Source: Candidatus Omnitrophota bacterium
GTDB lineage: Bacteria; Omnitrophota; Gorgyraeia; Zapsychrales; Fredricksoniimonadaceae
Length of the DNA stretch: 64,000 nucleotides
NCBI GenBank assembly: GCA_015232565.1
Contig: JADFZK010000001.1
Coordinates: 77,160 to 141,159 of the forward strand
Direction: 5' to 3'
This document shows positions 10,170 to 20,048 of this stretch, piece after piece (position 1 is the first letter of the stretch; the number at the start of each line of letters is the position of its first letter). The notes under the pieces were generated by a model. The model had not been told where the DNA came from. It was given only the letters and a program-made list of their open reading frames with translations, and searched no databases. Both the position numbers and the translations under genes were made by a program.

Positions 10170-11802
10170 GGATCGTTGGATAGTCTTAACGGGGATTGTA
10201 GTTCTGCTGTCTTTTGCGATTGCCTGGGCTTGCCTGGCCGGGAGATTGACTCTTTGGTCCGATGAGCTTCCGCCTGTTCAAGCGGCTAAAGGTCTTTGGT
10301 TGACGGGCAAGCCTTTTTTGTATGATTTGGATATGGGTACGATAGGGGATAAACCCTATACACATGGGTACCCGATGTCCTTTCTGGGACAGTTTGTCTA
10401 CCGGGCGCTGGGTCACCCAAGTCTTTTTTGGTTTCGGGTTATTCCACTTTCTTTCGGGCTTGTGACCATTGTTTTCTTTTTGTTGTTCTTGAGATTCAGC
10501 GGCCTGGTGAACAGAGTGAAATTGTGGTTGTTGATTGCTTTGTTCTTCTCTTGCGCTATCGTTTTTGATAATTTGCTGTTTTACCGTTATTACACCCTGA
10601 TAGGGTTGTGCGCTTTGCTCAATCTGGTGGCTTTTTGGTATGGAGCGGCGGCGATCAAGGCTAGGTGTTGGTTGAAGGCGTTAATGTGGGCCCTTTTATT
10701 TATTGCCGCTTTTATTTATCCATTGGCCGGTCATTTGCAGATTGTCCATTGCGTGATTATTCCTGTGGCTGGGATTATATTGGCGTTCGGGTCCTCCGGC
10801 AGGTTGCGGGAATGGATCGTCTGTAGGCGAAAGATTCTGGTGTTTTTGGCGGCAGGCGCCGTCATTTTGTGGCCGCTCATTGTTTACGTGTGTGATCTTG
10901 GGCTTGCGCGTGTTGATGTCGGCGGAGGGGCGGTCTCCAGGACCTACATGACTATTTGGGATAATCTGTTCGGACTCGCACGGTTCGGTCTGGCCTTGAA
11001 TATTGTGATCCTGGCGGCAGTCTGGTGGGTTCGTGACAGGCAGGACAAGGCCCTGAATTTGGAAACGTTTTTGTGTTTGACCGGTGTTATTTCGGGATTA
11101 TTGATTGGATTCTGTAATCCGCATCATATGATCTTTCTGGCAAGATACTATTATGTTTCTGCCATGCTGGCTGTCCTTGGGGCTCCTGCGATACTGTTGG
11201 AAATGTGTCGTAATGGCCGCAAATTGGGCTGGTTGCTGGGGATGTTTCTTGTTATAAATTTTGCGTTAATTGCGGTGACAATGACACTGGAGCGTGACAA
11301 TATTGATCGTGCGGTCTCTTGGGTTGAGCAGAATCTGAGGCCAGATGATACGCTTTTATGCGGCCTGATCGAGTTTGAAGTTCATGGCGGGACAAACTTG
11401 GTTGGGCGTGCCCACCGTGTTGAGGCGTCCGAAGACATCCGGTCGGTGTCTCGTTTGCGGGCATTCCTTGAAGGGCAACCGTCGACCAGGGTTCTTTTGA
11501 TTTATGTTGACGCGTATCATCCTCGGGACACGCTTTATCATTGGACAACAGGTGAAAGTCGAGATCCGGTTTCTTCATTGGATGTATTTATGAGGATCAA
11601 GGCGGTTGGGAAGGATGCAGCTTATGGTCTTCGTAATTGTGGCGTGAGGGAATTTGACAGGCTGGCGCTGATTGATCAATTGCGCACGTTGGAGAAAACT
11701 GGGTTTGAGGCCCATTTTAAGGGCCTGGAAAAGCGTTGGGCCAAAAGGATATTTCAACATCTAAAGTTGTGGATCCAGGGGCGCTTCAACGGAGCACAAT
11801 GA
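10162..11802 (+). CDS. Polytopic membrane protein, GT-C-like glycosyltransferase
   Basis: About 10 or more hydrophobic segments, LWSDE acidic motif in the first external loop, RYY motifs and a soluble C-terminal domain. Confidence 0.6.
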   Translation: MNRDRWIVLTGIVVLLSFAIAWACLAGRLTLWSDELPPVQAAKGLWLTGKPFLYDLDMGTIGDKPYTHGYPMSFLGQFVYRALGHPSLFWFRVIPLSFGLVTIVFFLLFLRFSGLVNRVKLWLLIALFFSCAIVFDNLLFYRYYTLIGLCALLNLVAFWYGAAAIKARCWLKALMWALLFIAAFIYPLAGHLQIVHCVIIPVAGIILAFGSSGRLREWIVCRRKILVFLAAGAVILWPLIVYVCDLGLARVDVGGGAVSRTYMTIWDNLFGLARFGLALNIVILAAVWWVRDRQDKALNLETFLCLTGVISGLLIGFCNPHHMIFLARYYYVSAMLAVLGAPAILLEMCRNGRKLGWLLGMFLVINFALIAVTMTLERDNIDRAVSWVEQNLRPDDTLLCGLIEFEVHGGTNLVGRAHRVEASEDIRSVSRLRAFLEGQPSTRVLLIYVDAYHPRDTLYHWTTGESRDPVSSLDVFMRIKAVGKDAAYGLRNCGVREFDRLALIDQLRTLEKTGFEAHFKGLEKRWAKRIFQHLKLWIQGRFNGAQ

Positions 11803-12386
11803 TGAATAGTCATGCCTGGAAATATGCTTTGTCATGGCTGATCGGGTGGGCCTACTGCCGTTGTTGTGGTGTTGAATTGGACAAAGGCCTTCGGGTTTAC
11901 GGGTTGCCTATATTGTTGCGGCATCGTAAGGCGAAGATCATTCTGGGCCGGGAGGTTGTCTTGAACAGTGATCCCCGTGTTAATCTGGCCGGTATTGTCC
12001 GCAGGGTCATACTTGCTGCGCCTTTTGCTGCAAGTGAGATCGTTGTCGGCGATCACACAGGCTTGTCGGGTGTGGTTATTTATGCCGCCCGCTCGGTCAG
12101 GATTGGAGCGCATGTTAACATTGGCGCGAATGCCTGTATTTACGATACGGATTTTCATCCATTGGATTGGCGTGCCCGGCGCGGCAATGATATTGCATTG
12201 GCGGTCTCGGCACCGGTGGTGATCGGGGATGATGTTTGGATCGGTGGAAATTCGGTCATCCTAAAGGGTGTTAATATCGGGCGCGGCGCGGTGATTGGGG
12301 CCGGGAGCATTGTCACCAGGGACGTGCCATCAGGGGAAATGTGGGCTGGAAATCCGGCCCGGTTTAGAAAGAAAGTTGTGCTTTAA
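11799..12386 (+). CDS. Hexapeptide-repeat (LbH) O-acyltransferase
   Basis: IYDTDFH and PVVIGDDVWIGGNSVILKGVNIGRGAVIGAGSIVTRDVP..WAGNPA motifs. Start placed at the ATGA overlap at 11799. Confidence 0.9.
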   Translation: MMNSHAWKYALSWLIGWAYCRCCGVELDKGLRVYGLPILLRHRKAKIILGREVVLNSDPRVNLAGIVRRVILAAPFAASEIVVGDHTGLSGVVIYAARSVRIGAHVNIGANACIYDTDFHPLDWRARRGNDIALAVSAPVVIGDDVWIGGNSVILKGVNIGRGAVIGAGSIVTRDVPSGEMWAGNPARFRKKVVL

Positions 12387-12400
12387 GCGGTGTTGATACA

Positions 12401-13321
12401 ATGCTAAGAATCGCTTTTATTATTCCGACGAAGGATCGCGAGTTAGAGCTTGGTAGGCTCCTGAGAAGTTTGCAGGGACAGTGTCGGTTGCCGGAGGAGA
12501 TTATAATTGTTGACGCCAGTGCCGAGTTTAAGGGACAGGCCTATGTTACCGGAGGTTTCGGGCCGCTTGTGATTAAGCATATGAAAGCCCATCGCGCCTG
12601 TTTGCCGGCTCAGCGCAATCAGGGGTTAGAGCATGTAAGCTCTGGCATTGAGCTGGTGTGTTTCTTGGATGACGATATTGTGTTTTGCGAGGGCGCCGTT
12701 AAGGAGATGGCTAGCTTTTGGGATCAGGCTTCCGTCGATGTTGCTGGTGCGGTATTCAATATTATTAACGAGAAGTTTCCGACGGCTGGCGTGTATTTTA
12801 AAATGATCTTTGGAACTGGTTCAGTCCAGCGGGGTGCTGTGTTGCCCTCCGGGTATAATTCCCTGATGTGTCCTGCTATTGAGACGGCCTATGTGCAGTG
12901 GCTTTTTGGCGGGGCGACCGTTTGGCGGCGGAAAATATTCAGTGAGTTCCTTTTTGATGAGTGGTTCGAAGGGACCGGTCTGTGCGAGGATCTCGACTTC
13001 AGTTATCGTGTGGGGAGAAGATATAGACTGGTTGTGGTGGCTACGGCCCGTGTAGAGCATTTGTCCGGAGATGTCTCTCGTCGCCGTAATTTCTGGTTTG
13101 GACGTTCACAGCTCAGGAACAGGTACTACTTCGTGAAGAAGAATCAGCTGTCTATCGGCATGTGTTTATGGGCGAGTGCTGGGCAGATGCTGGAAAATAT
13201 TGTGCTGGGGGTTGCGAGGCGTAATGTAGGATATTGGCAACGGGCTTTGGGTAATTTTACCGGATTCTTTGAATTATGGACGATAAACGTTGTTTCGGGA
13301 CATCGTAAGCAGCAATCGTAA
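12401..13321 (+). CDS. Glycosyltransferase family 2
   Basis: IIPTKDR, EIIIVDAS, RNQGL, FLDDDI (DxD) and EDLDFSYR motifs. Confidence 0.9.
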   Translation: MLRIAFIIPTKDRELELGRLLRSLQGQCRLPEEIIIVDASAEFKGQAYVTGGFGPLVIKHMKAHRACLPAQRNQGLEHVSSGIELVCFLDDDIVFCEGAVKEMASFWDQASVDVAGAVFNIINEKFPTAGVYFKMIFGTGSVQRGAVLPSGYNSLMCPAIETAYVQWLFGGATVWRRKIFSEFLFDEWFEGTGLCEDLDFSYRVGRRYRLVVVATARVEHLSGDVSRRRNFWFGRSQLRNRYYFVKKNQLSIGMCLWASAGQMLENIVLGVARRNVGYWQRALGNFTGFFELWTINVVSGHRKQQS

Positions 13322-13336
13322 TACGGAGTATTTTCT

Positions 13337-15172
13337 ATGTTGAAACAGTGGTCAAGTTATTTCTGCCTTGCCATGATCGGGGGCGCTTGTGTTCTTTATG
13401 CGCTGTTTGGTTCGTCCTTTGCTGAGATGCATACTCAGTTCGCTTTTCTGGACTTTCCCGTCTTTATCGGGGAATGGTTGATGATCGTTTGTTGGTGCGT
13501 GCTCATCGGTCAGATTCTTATGGAGCCTGTCCGTTGGAGTAGTTGGCGCATATTGATTTTATGCTATCTTTTTTGGGTGATGGTTAAGATGGCTGAGGGC
13601 TATATTCAGTACGGTCCTTATGCTTTGCGAAATGCGGCGTTGTTTTACTATCCTGTTCTTTCAATTATGGTGGTTCATTTTCTGCGTAGAGTCAGGTTTG
13701 GAGATGGTTTGCGAGTTGTGTTTCTTGTAACTTTATTGTACATGATTTCTTGTCTTCCTGTTCAGGCAAGTGCCCAATATGCCTGTTTGATGGGGGGCTT
13801 CTTTGTGGCGGCCGCGTTGTCCCGTTGCTGGCTTCGCAATATTTTTTTCATTCTTCTTATCTTTCTCTTTTTTATGCGTATCGTTTTGTTGAGTACCGGA
13901 CGCGGCTGTTTTACAGGCGCTTTAGTTGGTGTGTTATTTCTAGCGTGGTATAGCGTTCAGGTTTTGCGGCTTTCTGTCTGGAAACAGCTGTGCGGGATAG
14001 TGGTTTTAAGTGTATTTCTGGGTATAAGCTTATGGATGTGGGGAGACAGGAACGCGTTGCTTTCTTTGATCACGCCATGGAGAATTACCGAGAATTATCA
14101 TCTTTATGTAAGTCAAATTGAAAAGAAACGAATGGGTTTTGTTCCGCGGCAGTTAAAGGCAAAGACATACCATGAGAATCTGTCCAGGGTTGATCTCGCT
14201 AAGATTGATTCAGTCAAGACATTGTCTCAGACGCCGGTTATTGTGCATGATGTAATTACCCCTCAAGCTGTTGATCCAGAGCTGGCAGTGAAAGGGCCGG
14301 TTGCTGGGCAGTCTTCGTCAGCGGTTGCGGTTGTTGCGCCTGAAGTTATTGCCAGTCAAGCTGTCAATCAAAAGTCGGCAGTGAAGGGTCAGGTCGCTGG
14401 GAAGTCTTCATTAGCGGTTGCGGTTGTTGCGCCTGAAGTTATGGCCAGTCAAGCCGTCAATCAAAAGTCGGCAGTGAAGGGTCAGGTCGCTGGGAAGTCT
14501 TCATTAGCGGTTGCGGTTGTTGCGCCTGAAGTTATGGCCAGTCAAGCCGTCAAACAAAAACCGTCAGTTAAGTCGCGGGGTGTTGTTCGGCCTTCATCAT
14601 CGGTAATTGCTCCTGCAGTTATGGCTAAGCAGGTAGTTAATACTGAGTTCTCTGTTGACAATGAGATGTCGGGACAATTCGCACAGAGTGCAATTAATAA
14701 TTTTCGAGATCTGGACGCTGCTTATGGTAATGGCGTCTTTCGGCTCCTCATTTGGAAGGATATGCTTCATGAGCTTTTGAAGTATCGGCCTTTGTTTGGG
14801 TTTAGTTTTGGTTGGCCGCAACGATCACCGTCGCTTGAGATTTTGCGCATGGGAGAGGTCGATTGGTTACGGGACGGCTGGATTACGCCGCATAATGTTT
14901 CTTTACATTTGATCTATCGTGGCGGTATTGTTGGTCTGGCAATGATCGCTATGGTTTTGTTCTTTATTGCCCGTATGACGCATGATTTTATACGGGCACG
15001 TTCCTGGCGGGGCGGGGTGCTGGTGAGCGCTTTAATCTCTTGGATTATCATTGCGCAGTTCGGGGTGATCCTCGAATTACCATATAATGCGATTCCGTTT
15101 TGGACTTTATTTGGCGTTGTTGTGGCTTATCGTAATCGGTTGTTGGAAGGGGCTTTGGGTGAGGAAGGATGA
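13337..15172 (+). CDS. O-antigen ligase/polymerase-like (Wzy_C) membrane protein with a large repeat-containing loop
   Basis: Multiple TM segments, LSTGRG, FRLLIWKD, PLFGFSFG and PHNVSLHLIYRGGIVGL (ligase HN motif). Confidence 0.75.
   Translation: MLKQWSSYFCLAMIGGACVLYALFGSSFAEMHTQFAFLDFPVFIGEWLMIVCWCVLIGQILMEPVRWSSWRILILCYLFWVMVKMAEGYIQYGPYALRNAALFYYPVLSIMVVHFLRRVRFGDGLRVVFLVTLLYMISCLPVQASAQYACLMGGFFVAAALSRCWLRNIFFILLIFLFFMRIVLLSTGRGCFTGALVGVLFLAWYSVQVLRLSVWKQLCGIVVLSVFLGISLWMWGDRNALLSLITPWRITENYHLYVSQIEKKRMGFVPRQLKAKTYHENLSRVDLAKIDSVKTLSQTPVIVHDVITPQAVDPELAVKGPVAGQSSSAVAVVAPEVIASQAVNQKSAVKGQVAGKSSLAVAVVAPEVMASQAVNQKSAVKGQVAGKSSLAVAVVAPEVMASQAVKQKPSVKSRGVVRPSSSVIAPAVMAKQVVNTEFSVDNEMSGQFAQSAINNFRDLDAAYGNGVFRLLIWKDMLHELLKYRPLFGFSFGWPQRSPSLEILRMGEVDWLRDGWITPHNVSLHLIYRGGIVGLAMIAMVLFFIARMTHDFIRARSWRGGVLVSALISWIIIAQFGVILELPYNAIPFWTLFGVVVAYRNRLLEGALGEEG
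14285..14563 (+). repeat. In-frame 93-bp (31-aa) tandem repeat, 3 copies plus degenerate flanks
   Basis: Units start at 14285, 14378 and 14471 (AVKGQVAGKSSLAVAVVAPEVMASQAVNQKS). Copies 2 and 3 are nearly identical in DNA, and a degenerate fourth unit runs to about 14642. Confidence 0.95.
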
Positions 15173-16203
15173 GTGAAGGTATGACGCAAGGCAAAGATTA
15201 TCTTGTGACCGGTGGCGCCGGTTTTATTGGGAGTAATTTTATCAGATATTTGTATCAAAATGTCGAGGGTATTCGTGTTCGGGTCCTTGATAAATTAACC
15301 TATTCCGGCAATCTGGCAAATTTATTCGAGTTCGAGGGCCGTAACGGATTTGAATTCCTCAAGGGAGACATTTGCGACGAGGCCATGGTCCGTAAGGCCA
15401 TGGATGGCGTTGATGTGGTCGTGAACTTTGCCGCCGAGGTTTCGGTAGACCGTTCGATCGACGATCCGCAATCATTCTTAAAGACCGATATCGTGGGCGT
15501 GTACACTCTTTTACAACAGGCACGAAAAATGCCGGGTCTGAAGCGTTTTATCCAGATCTCGACCGATGAAGTCTACGGGCATATCCTGGAGGGGAGTTTT
15601 CACGAAGCGTCCGAGCTGAAGCCGCGCAACCCTTACGCGGCCTCCAAGCTGGGCGGTGAACGGTTGGCTTACAGCTTCTTTGAGACCTATGGCGTCCCGG
15701 TGGTAATAACCCGGGCTTCCAATAATTACGGTCCTTACGCTTATCCCGAGAAAGTTATTCCTTTATTTATCACCAATCTGTTTGATGGCGGCACGGTCCC
15801 GGTTTTTGGCGCGGGCCGTCAGATACGGGACTGGCTTTATGTGGAGGATCATTGCCGGGCGATCAGACTTTTGGTAGATAGCGGCGTGAACGGCGAGGTG
15901 TATAACGTCGGCGGCAGTCAGGAGTGCGAAAACATCGACCTGACGCGCAAACTGCTTGTTCTGATGGGCAAGGATGAGCGCTCAATTAAATTCGTACAGG
16001 ATCGTCCGGGCCATGATATGCGCTACAGTCTGGATTCTTCCAAGTTGCTCAGGCTGGGTTGGCAGCCGGCATACGATCTGGATAAAGGCCTGCAGGCCAC
16101 TGTGGAGTGGTATCGTGCTAATGAAGCCTGGTGGCGGCCTTTAAAAGACAAACTTGATCCCCGTTACAGCAAGGGTTTCTGGGGTGAGAAGGGGGCCAAA
16201 TGA
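15169..16203 (+). CDS. rfbB: dTDP-glucose 4,6-dehydratase
   Basis: LVTGGAGFIGSNF, LDKLTYSGN, ISTDEVYG, NPYAASK, NNYGP, PEKVIP and DRPGHD.RY motifs. Confidence 0.95.
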   Translation: MSEGMTQGKDYLVTGGAGFIGSNFIRYLYQNVEGIRVRVLDKLTYSGNLANLFEFEGRNGFEFLKGDICDEAMVRKAMDGVDVVVNFAAEVSVDRSIDDPQSFLKTDIVGVYTLLQQARKMPGLKRFIQISTDEVYGHILEGSFHEASELKPRNPYAASKLGGERLAYSFFETYGVPVVITRASNNYGPYAYPEKVIPLFITNLFDGGTVPVFGAGRQIRDWLYVEDHCRAIRLLVDSGVNGEVYNVGGSQECENIDLTRKLLVLMGKDERSIKFVQDRPGHDMRYSLDSSKLLRLGWQPAYDLDKGLQATVEWYRANEAWWRPLKDKLDPRYSKGFWGEKGAK

Positions 16204-16922
16204 AAGGCGTATTGCTCGCAGGCGGGACCGGGTCGCGGCTTTTGCCTTTGACCAAGGTCACCAATAAACATTTGTTGCCGGTTTATAAAAAGCCGATGAT
16301 CTATTATCCGTTGGAGACCCTGATCAGCGCCGGGATCAAGGATATCTTGATAGTTACCGGCGGTGAACATATCGGGGATTTCTTTCGCCTTTTGGGATCC
16401 GGGAAAGAATGGGGCGCGCATTTTAGTTACGAAATTCAGGAAGGTAGTGGCGGTACTGGCGCGGCCTTGCTTTTGGCCGAGTCGTTTGCCCGGGACGAAG
16501 AGTTCATGGTTATTCTAGGCGATAATATTGTGATCGAGAATGTCCGCCCTTTTGTGGATGAATTCAAGGCCGGAAAAGGACATTTTAAGGCCAAGATCCT
16601 GGTAGCTAAAGTAAAAGATCCGCAGAAATACGGAGTAGTAACCATCAAAGGTGATCGGATCGTGGATATCGTGGAGAAGCCCAAAGAGCCGGCTTCGAAT
16701 TACGTCAATACTGGCTTGTGGATGTTTCAGCCGGAAGTTTTTTCTTTGCTTAAGAATTTGAAAAAGAGCCCGCGCGGTGAGTATGAAGTTACGGATGTCC
16801 TGGCCAATTACGTTAAAGAAGGCCAATTGTCTTTTTCTATCCTTAGATCGGAGTGGACCGATGCCGGATCTTTCGAATCACTTTTTAATGCAACCGTTCT
16901 AATGCAGAAATTCGCGCCATAA
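16200..16922 (+). CDS. Second sugar-1-phosphate nucleotidyltransferase (short RmlA/SpsI-like)
   Basis: KGVLLAGGTGSRLLPLTKVTNKHLLPVY.KPMIYYP, ILGDNI, VEKP, RGEYEVTD and WTDAGS motifs. Confidence 0.88.
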   Translation: MKGVLLAGGTGSRLLPLTKVTNKHLLPVYKKPMIYYPLETLISAGIKDILIVTGGEHIGDFFRLLGSGKEWGAHFSYEIQEGSGGTGAALLLAESFARDEEFMVILGDNIVIENVRPFVDEFKAGKGHFKAKILVAKVKDPQKYGVVTIKGDRIVDIVEKPKEPASNYVNTGLWMFQPEVFSLLKNLKKSPRGEYEVTDVLANYVKEGQLSFSILRSEWTDAGSFESLFNATVLMQKFAP

Positions 16923-17800
16923 TGAAGATCCTGGTGACCGGGGCGAATGGTTTTATCGGGCGGGCTTGTGTGGCCGCGCTGGTGGCCCGGGGCCATGAGG
17001 TCGATGCGCTTGATCTGGCGGATACGGGTTGTTTTAGTACGATCGGGATCAATAGTTTTCATGCCTGTGACATTACTGCTCCATTTACGATCGCCGGTGT
17101 TTTTGATGTGGTGGTTCATCTGGCCGCTTACAATATTACTCATGTGGGAGATACCGATCCGGCTATCTACGATCGCGTTAATGTTAACGGGACGGCCAAT
17201 GTCCTGGCTGGAATAGATACGCGCAGGTTTGTCTTTCTATCGACCAGCAAAGTTTATGGCCGGGATCAGGCTGTTATTACGGAAGAGAGCTTGATCGCGC
17301 CGTCACAGCCCTATGAAAAGAGCAAATTAAAGGCTGAAGGGTTGCTTTTAAACGCGCGCAAGGATGGCGGATTGGTGATCTTGCGTTCGGTAAATGTTTT
17401 CGGGCCCGGCCAGCCGGAGAAAGCGGTTATCCCGATATTTTGTGCCCAGGCAATGCAGAATGCTCCGGTTAAAGTGGTTGCTCCACGTGGTTCGTGGTTG
17501 CAGTTTGTGTATATTGACGATCTGGTGCGCGCTTTGGTCCTGGCGGCTTCGGCTGTTGAGTTAGCGGGGATATATAACGTGTCAACGGATGAGACCCTGC
17601 GGTTGGATGCTTTGGCGTTAATGGTCAGGAAGGTTTGCGGATCAGGGTCGGAAGTTATTTTTACCGACGAACGCTCTGTGTCGCTGAGCCGGGTTTCTTT
17701 TGACAAGTTAAAAAATAAGACTGGCTGGGAGCCGGCGGTTGCTATTGAGGAGGGTGTTCGGCGTTATCATGAATATTATGTCCAAAAGCCTTCAGCCTAA
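16922..17800 (+). CDS. NAD-dependent epimerase/dehydratase/reductase (SDR)
   Basis: ILVTGANGFIG, STSKVYG, YEKSK, NVFGPG and FVYIDD motifs. Confidence 0.88.
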   Translation: MKILVTGANGFIGRACVAALVARGHEVDALDLADTGCFSTIGINSFHACDITAPFTIAGVFDVVVHLAAYNITHVGDTDPAIYDRVNVNGTANVLAGIDTRRFVFLSTSKVYGRDQAVITEESLIAPSQPYEKSKLKAEGLLLNARKDGGLVILRSVNVFGPGQPEKAVIPIFCAQAMQNAPVKVVAPRGSWLQFVYIDDLVRALVLAASAVELAGIYNVSTDETLRLDALALMVRKVCGSGSEVIFTDERSVSLSRVSFDKLKNKTGWEPAVAIEEGVRRYHEYYVQKPSA

Positions 17801-18896
17801 AGTTTTGGTGTGCGGGGTTCTGCCGCCGCCTTTTTTTGGCCACAGTGTGATCTACCAGATGCTGATGGCTTCCTCTTTTCCTGCCAATGTCCGGGTGCGG
17901 TTTTTAAATATGCATTTCTGGTCTTATCAGACTAACAAGAAGGTTACCGGCCAGAAGCTTGTAAAGATGGTTAAGTATTATCTTCAGTATGTCGCCGCAA
18001 TTGTTTTTTGGCGGCCGCGCTATGTGCTCTATAACAGCAGTTTTTATCGTATGCCGTTCTGGAAGGATTTTTTGTTTTGTGCTACGGGGATCGCGCTTGG
18101 GCGTCGGGTCGTGTTTCATGATCTGGGTCAGTATGTGCGAGAATTGCATGATGGTTTGCCGGTCTTTCAGCGTGCGCTGTTGCGCTGGATGTTGCGTCAT
18201 TCAGCGGGCAGTATCGTTATGGGTGAAAGTGTGCGGGCAACCTACAAAGGGCTAATGAATAATGAAAAGATATTTGTTGTGCCTGGCGTAGTTGAAGATA
18301 CGAAGACTTTCGCTGTTGTGCCTAACCGCCCGGCAGGCTGGTTGTTAAATGTGCTTTATTTTTCGCATATGAGCCGTCCCAAGGGGATATATGTCGCTTT
18401 TGAGGCGGCGGCCAGGATCTTGCGTGTCCGTAGGGATGTGGCGGTAACCTTTGCCGGTCCACTTGAGGATGATGAGGTTGCGCGCAAACTGGACGAATTA
18501 CAGCAGGCTTACCCTGGGAGGGTGCGTTATCTGGGTTACGTTGATGACGCTCGTGAACGCACAGCCATATTTCGCGGGGCTGACGTATTCATGTTTACAA
18601 CCTTGAGAGATGTTTTCGGGTTGGTCCTTCTGCATGCCATGGCCGAGGGTTTGCCCATAGTGGCTTCTGATGAAGGAACTATTCCCGAGATCCTGCTCGA
18701 CGAAGGTCATGGGCTTTTGTTTGCGAAGGGAGAGGCTTCGGAGCTTGTTGCGAAGATCCTTTGGTTGGCAGAGAATGAGGTTCACCGGAAAACCATGGGC
18801 GTAGCCAATCGGAAACGGTTCGAGGAAGTTTACAGCCTGGAACAATATGGCGCGATTATGACAAATATATTCAGAACTCTGGATGTTTGCACGTGA
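17778..18896 (+). CDS. Glycosyltransferase family 4
   Basis: GT-B C-terminal motifs PKGI and ADVFMF..RDVFGLVLLHAMAEGLPIVAS..G.IPEI. The usual EX7E is altered to D..H. Confidence 0.85.
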   Translation: MSKSLQPKVLVCGVLPPPFFGHSVIYQMLMASSFPANVRVRFLNMHFWSYQTNKKVTGQKLVKMVKYYLQYVAAIVFWRPRYVLYNSSFYRMPFWKDFLFCATGIALGRRVVFHDLGQYVRELHDGLPVFQRALLRWMLRHSAGSIVMGESVRATYKGLMNNEKIFVVPGVVEDTKTFAVVPNRPAGWLLNVLYFSHMSRPKGIYVAFEAAARILRVRRDVAVTFAGPLEDDEVARKLDELQQAYPGRVRYLGYVDDARERTAIFRGADVFMFTTLRDVFGLVLLHAMAEGLPIVASDEGTIPEILLDEGHGLLFAKGEASELVAKILWLAENEVHRKTMGVANRKRFEEVYSLEQYGAIMTNIFRTLDVCT

Positions 18897-20040
18897 GATG
18901 TTACGATTTGAAAGGGAAAATGTGGACTTTTTGACTTTTTTTAGAGGGATGAAGAGATTTCGTATTCCATTAATTGTTACGTTAATTTCCGCTTATGCTT
19001 TTTATTTGCGATTGGTCCATTTAGCCGGTCATGACCTTTGGGTTGATGAGCTTTATCAAATCAGCCAGATGAATGGGACTTTCTTTCAGATGGTCCAAGG
19101 GCTTACCCGGAGTGAATATTGCGCTTATTTGTCTGCGGACTATTATCTTACGTATCCCTTTTATAAGATTTTCTCGATGAATAAGTGGGGGCTTGCCATT
19201 CCACATATGGGGGCAACCCTTCTTGGGTTTTATTTGCTTTATTTAATCTGTCGGCGTTATTTAAAGAGTGTATTGGGCTATGTTGTTACGTTCAGCATTG
19301 TGTGTTTTAACGCTACCTTGATCTGGCATGCTACAGAGATCAGGACGTACGCGGTTCTGCCCACGGTGGCATTGGCTTCTTTATATCTTTGGTTGAGGAT
19401 AATTGACGCGAATGGTTATTTGAGCATGGGGAAGAAAGTTGTCGCGGGAGTTGTGTTCGTTTTTATACTGTGGTTCCATGTTTATGGGATAGTGATGTTC
19501 TTTTTCACAGGACTTTATGCCTTGTTGACAAGGGTGAAGGATAAGTCATTCTTTATTATTCTAAAGAATGTTGCTCCTTTCGTGTTGGTGGTTCTTTGTT
19601 TGGCCGCGCCTTTGTGGCTATTGAGCACGTTCGGTCCGCATCTTGCCAATCCCACCAGTAATAACGATACGTTTCAATTTATCCCAAGTCCTTCCAGGGA
19701 TATGATCGGATTTCTTAAAGGCGTTTTCGGCAATCTTATCGGCGACAAAAGGCTTTATTTTTTGCTTCTGGGGGGTGTGGCGCCATTCGTTATTCCGTAC
19801 AGGCAGAGGTTTCATCAGATCATTTTCCTGATAGTGCTGGTGGTGGTGCCTGTGGGGACGATATTGTCAGGAAATATTCTTACGCACTACTGGTTTCTTC
19901 AACGGGGATTTATATGGGTGATGCCTATCTTCGCTTTGTTCATTGGGTGGTCCCTGGAGTCTTTTGTATTGTATGTGAAGGATAAATGCCAGTCTTCTGG
20001 GCAACGGATCGCCAGGAACTCGGACCTGAGAATTGAATAG
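18883..20040 (+). CDS. Polytopic membrane protein, GT-C (GT39/ArnT-like) glycosyltransferase
   Basis: LRLVHLAGHDLWVDE first-loop motif and ATEIRTYA (E.R.Y) motif, with many TMs. The start may be the ATG at 18949. Confidence 0.65.
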   Translation: MFAREMLRFERENVDFLTFFRGMKRFRIPLIVTLISAYAFYLRLVHLAGHDLWVDELYQISQMNGTFFQMVQGLTRSEYCAYLSADYYLTYPFYKIFSMNKWGLAIPHMGATLLGFYLLYLICRRYLKSVLGYVVTFSIVCFNATLIWHATEIRTYAVLPTVALASLYLWLRIIDANGYLSMGKKVVAGVVFVFILWFHVYGIVMFFFTGLYALLTRVKDKSFFIILKNVAPFVLVVLCLAAPLWLLSTFGPHLANPTSNNDTFQFIPSPSRDMIGFLKGVFGNLIGDKRLYFLLLGGVAPFVIPYRQRFHQIIFLIVLVVVPVGTILSGNILTHYWFLQRGFIWVMPIFALFIGWSLESFVLYVKDKCQSSGQRIARNSDLRIE

Positions 20041-20048
20041 GAGCGATA

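Noticed and set aside
14285-14563. 93-bp repeats as a CRISPR array
   Set aside because: The units are contiguous with no unique spacers, are a multiple of 3 and lie in frame within a membrane protein. No cas genes are present.
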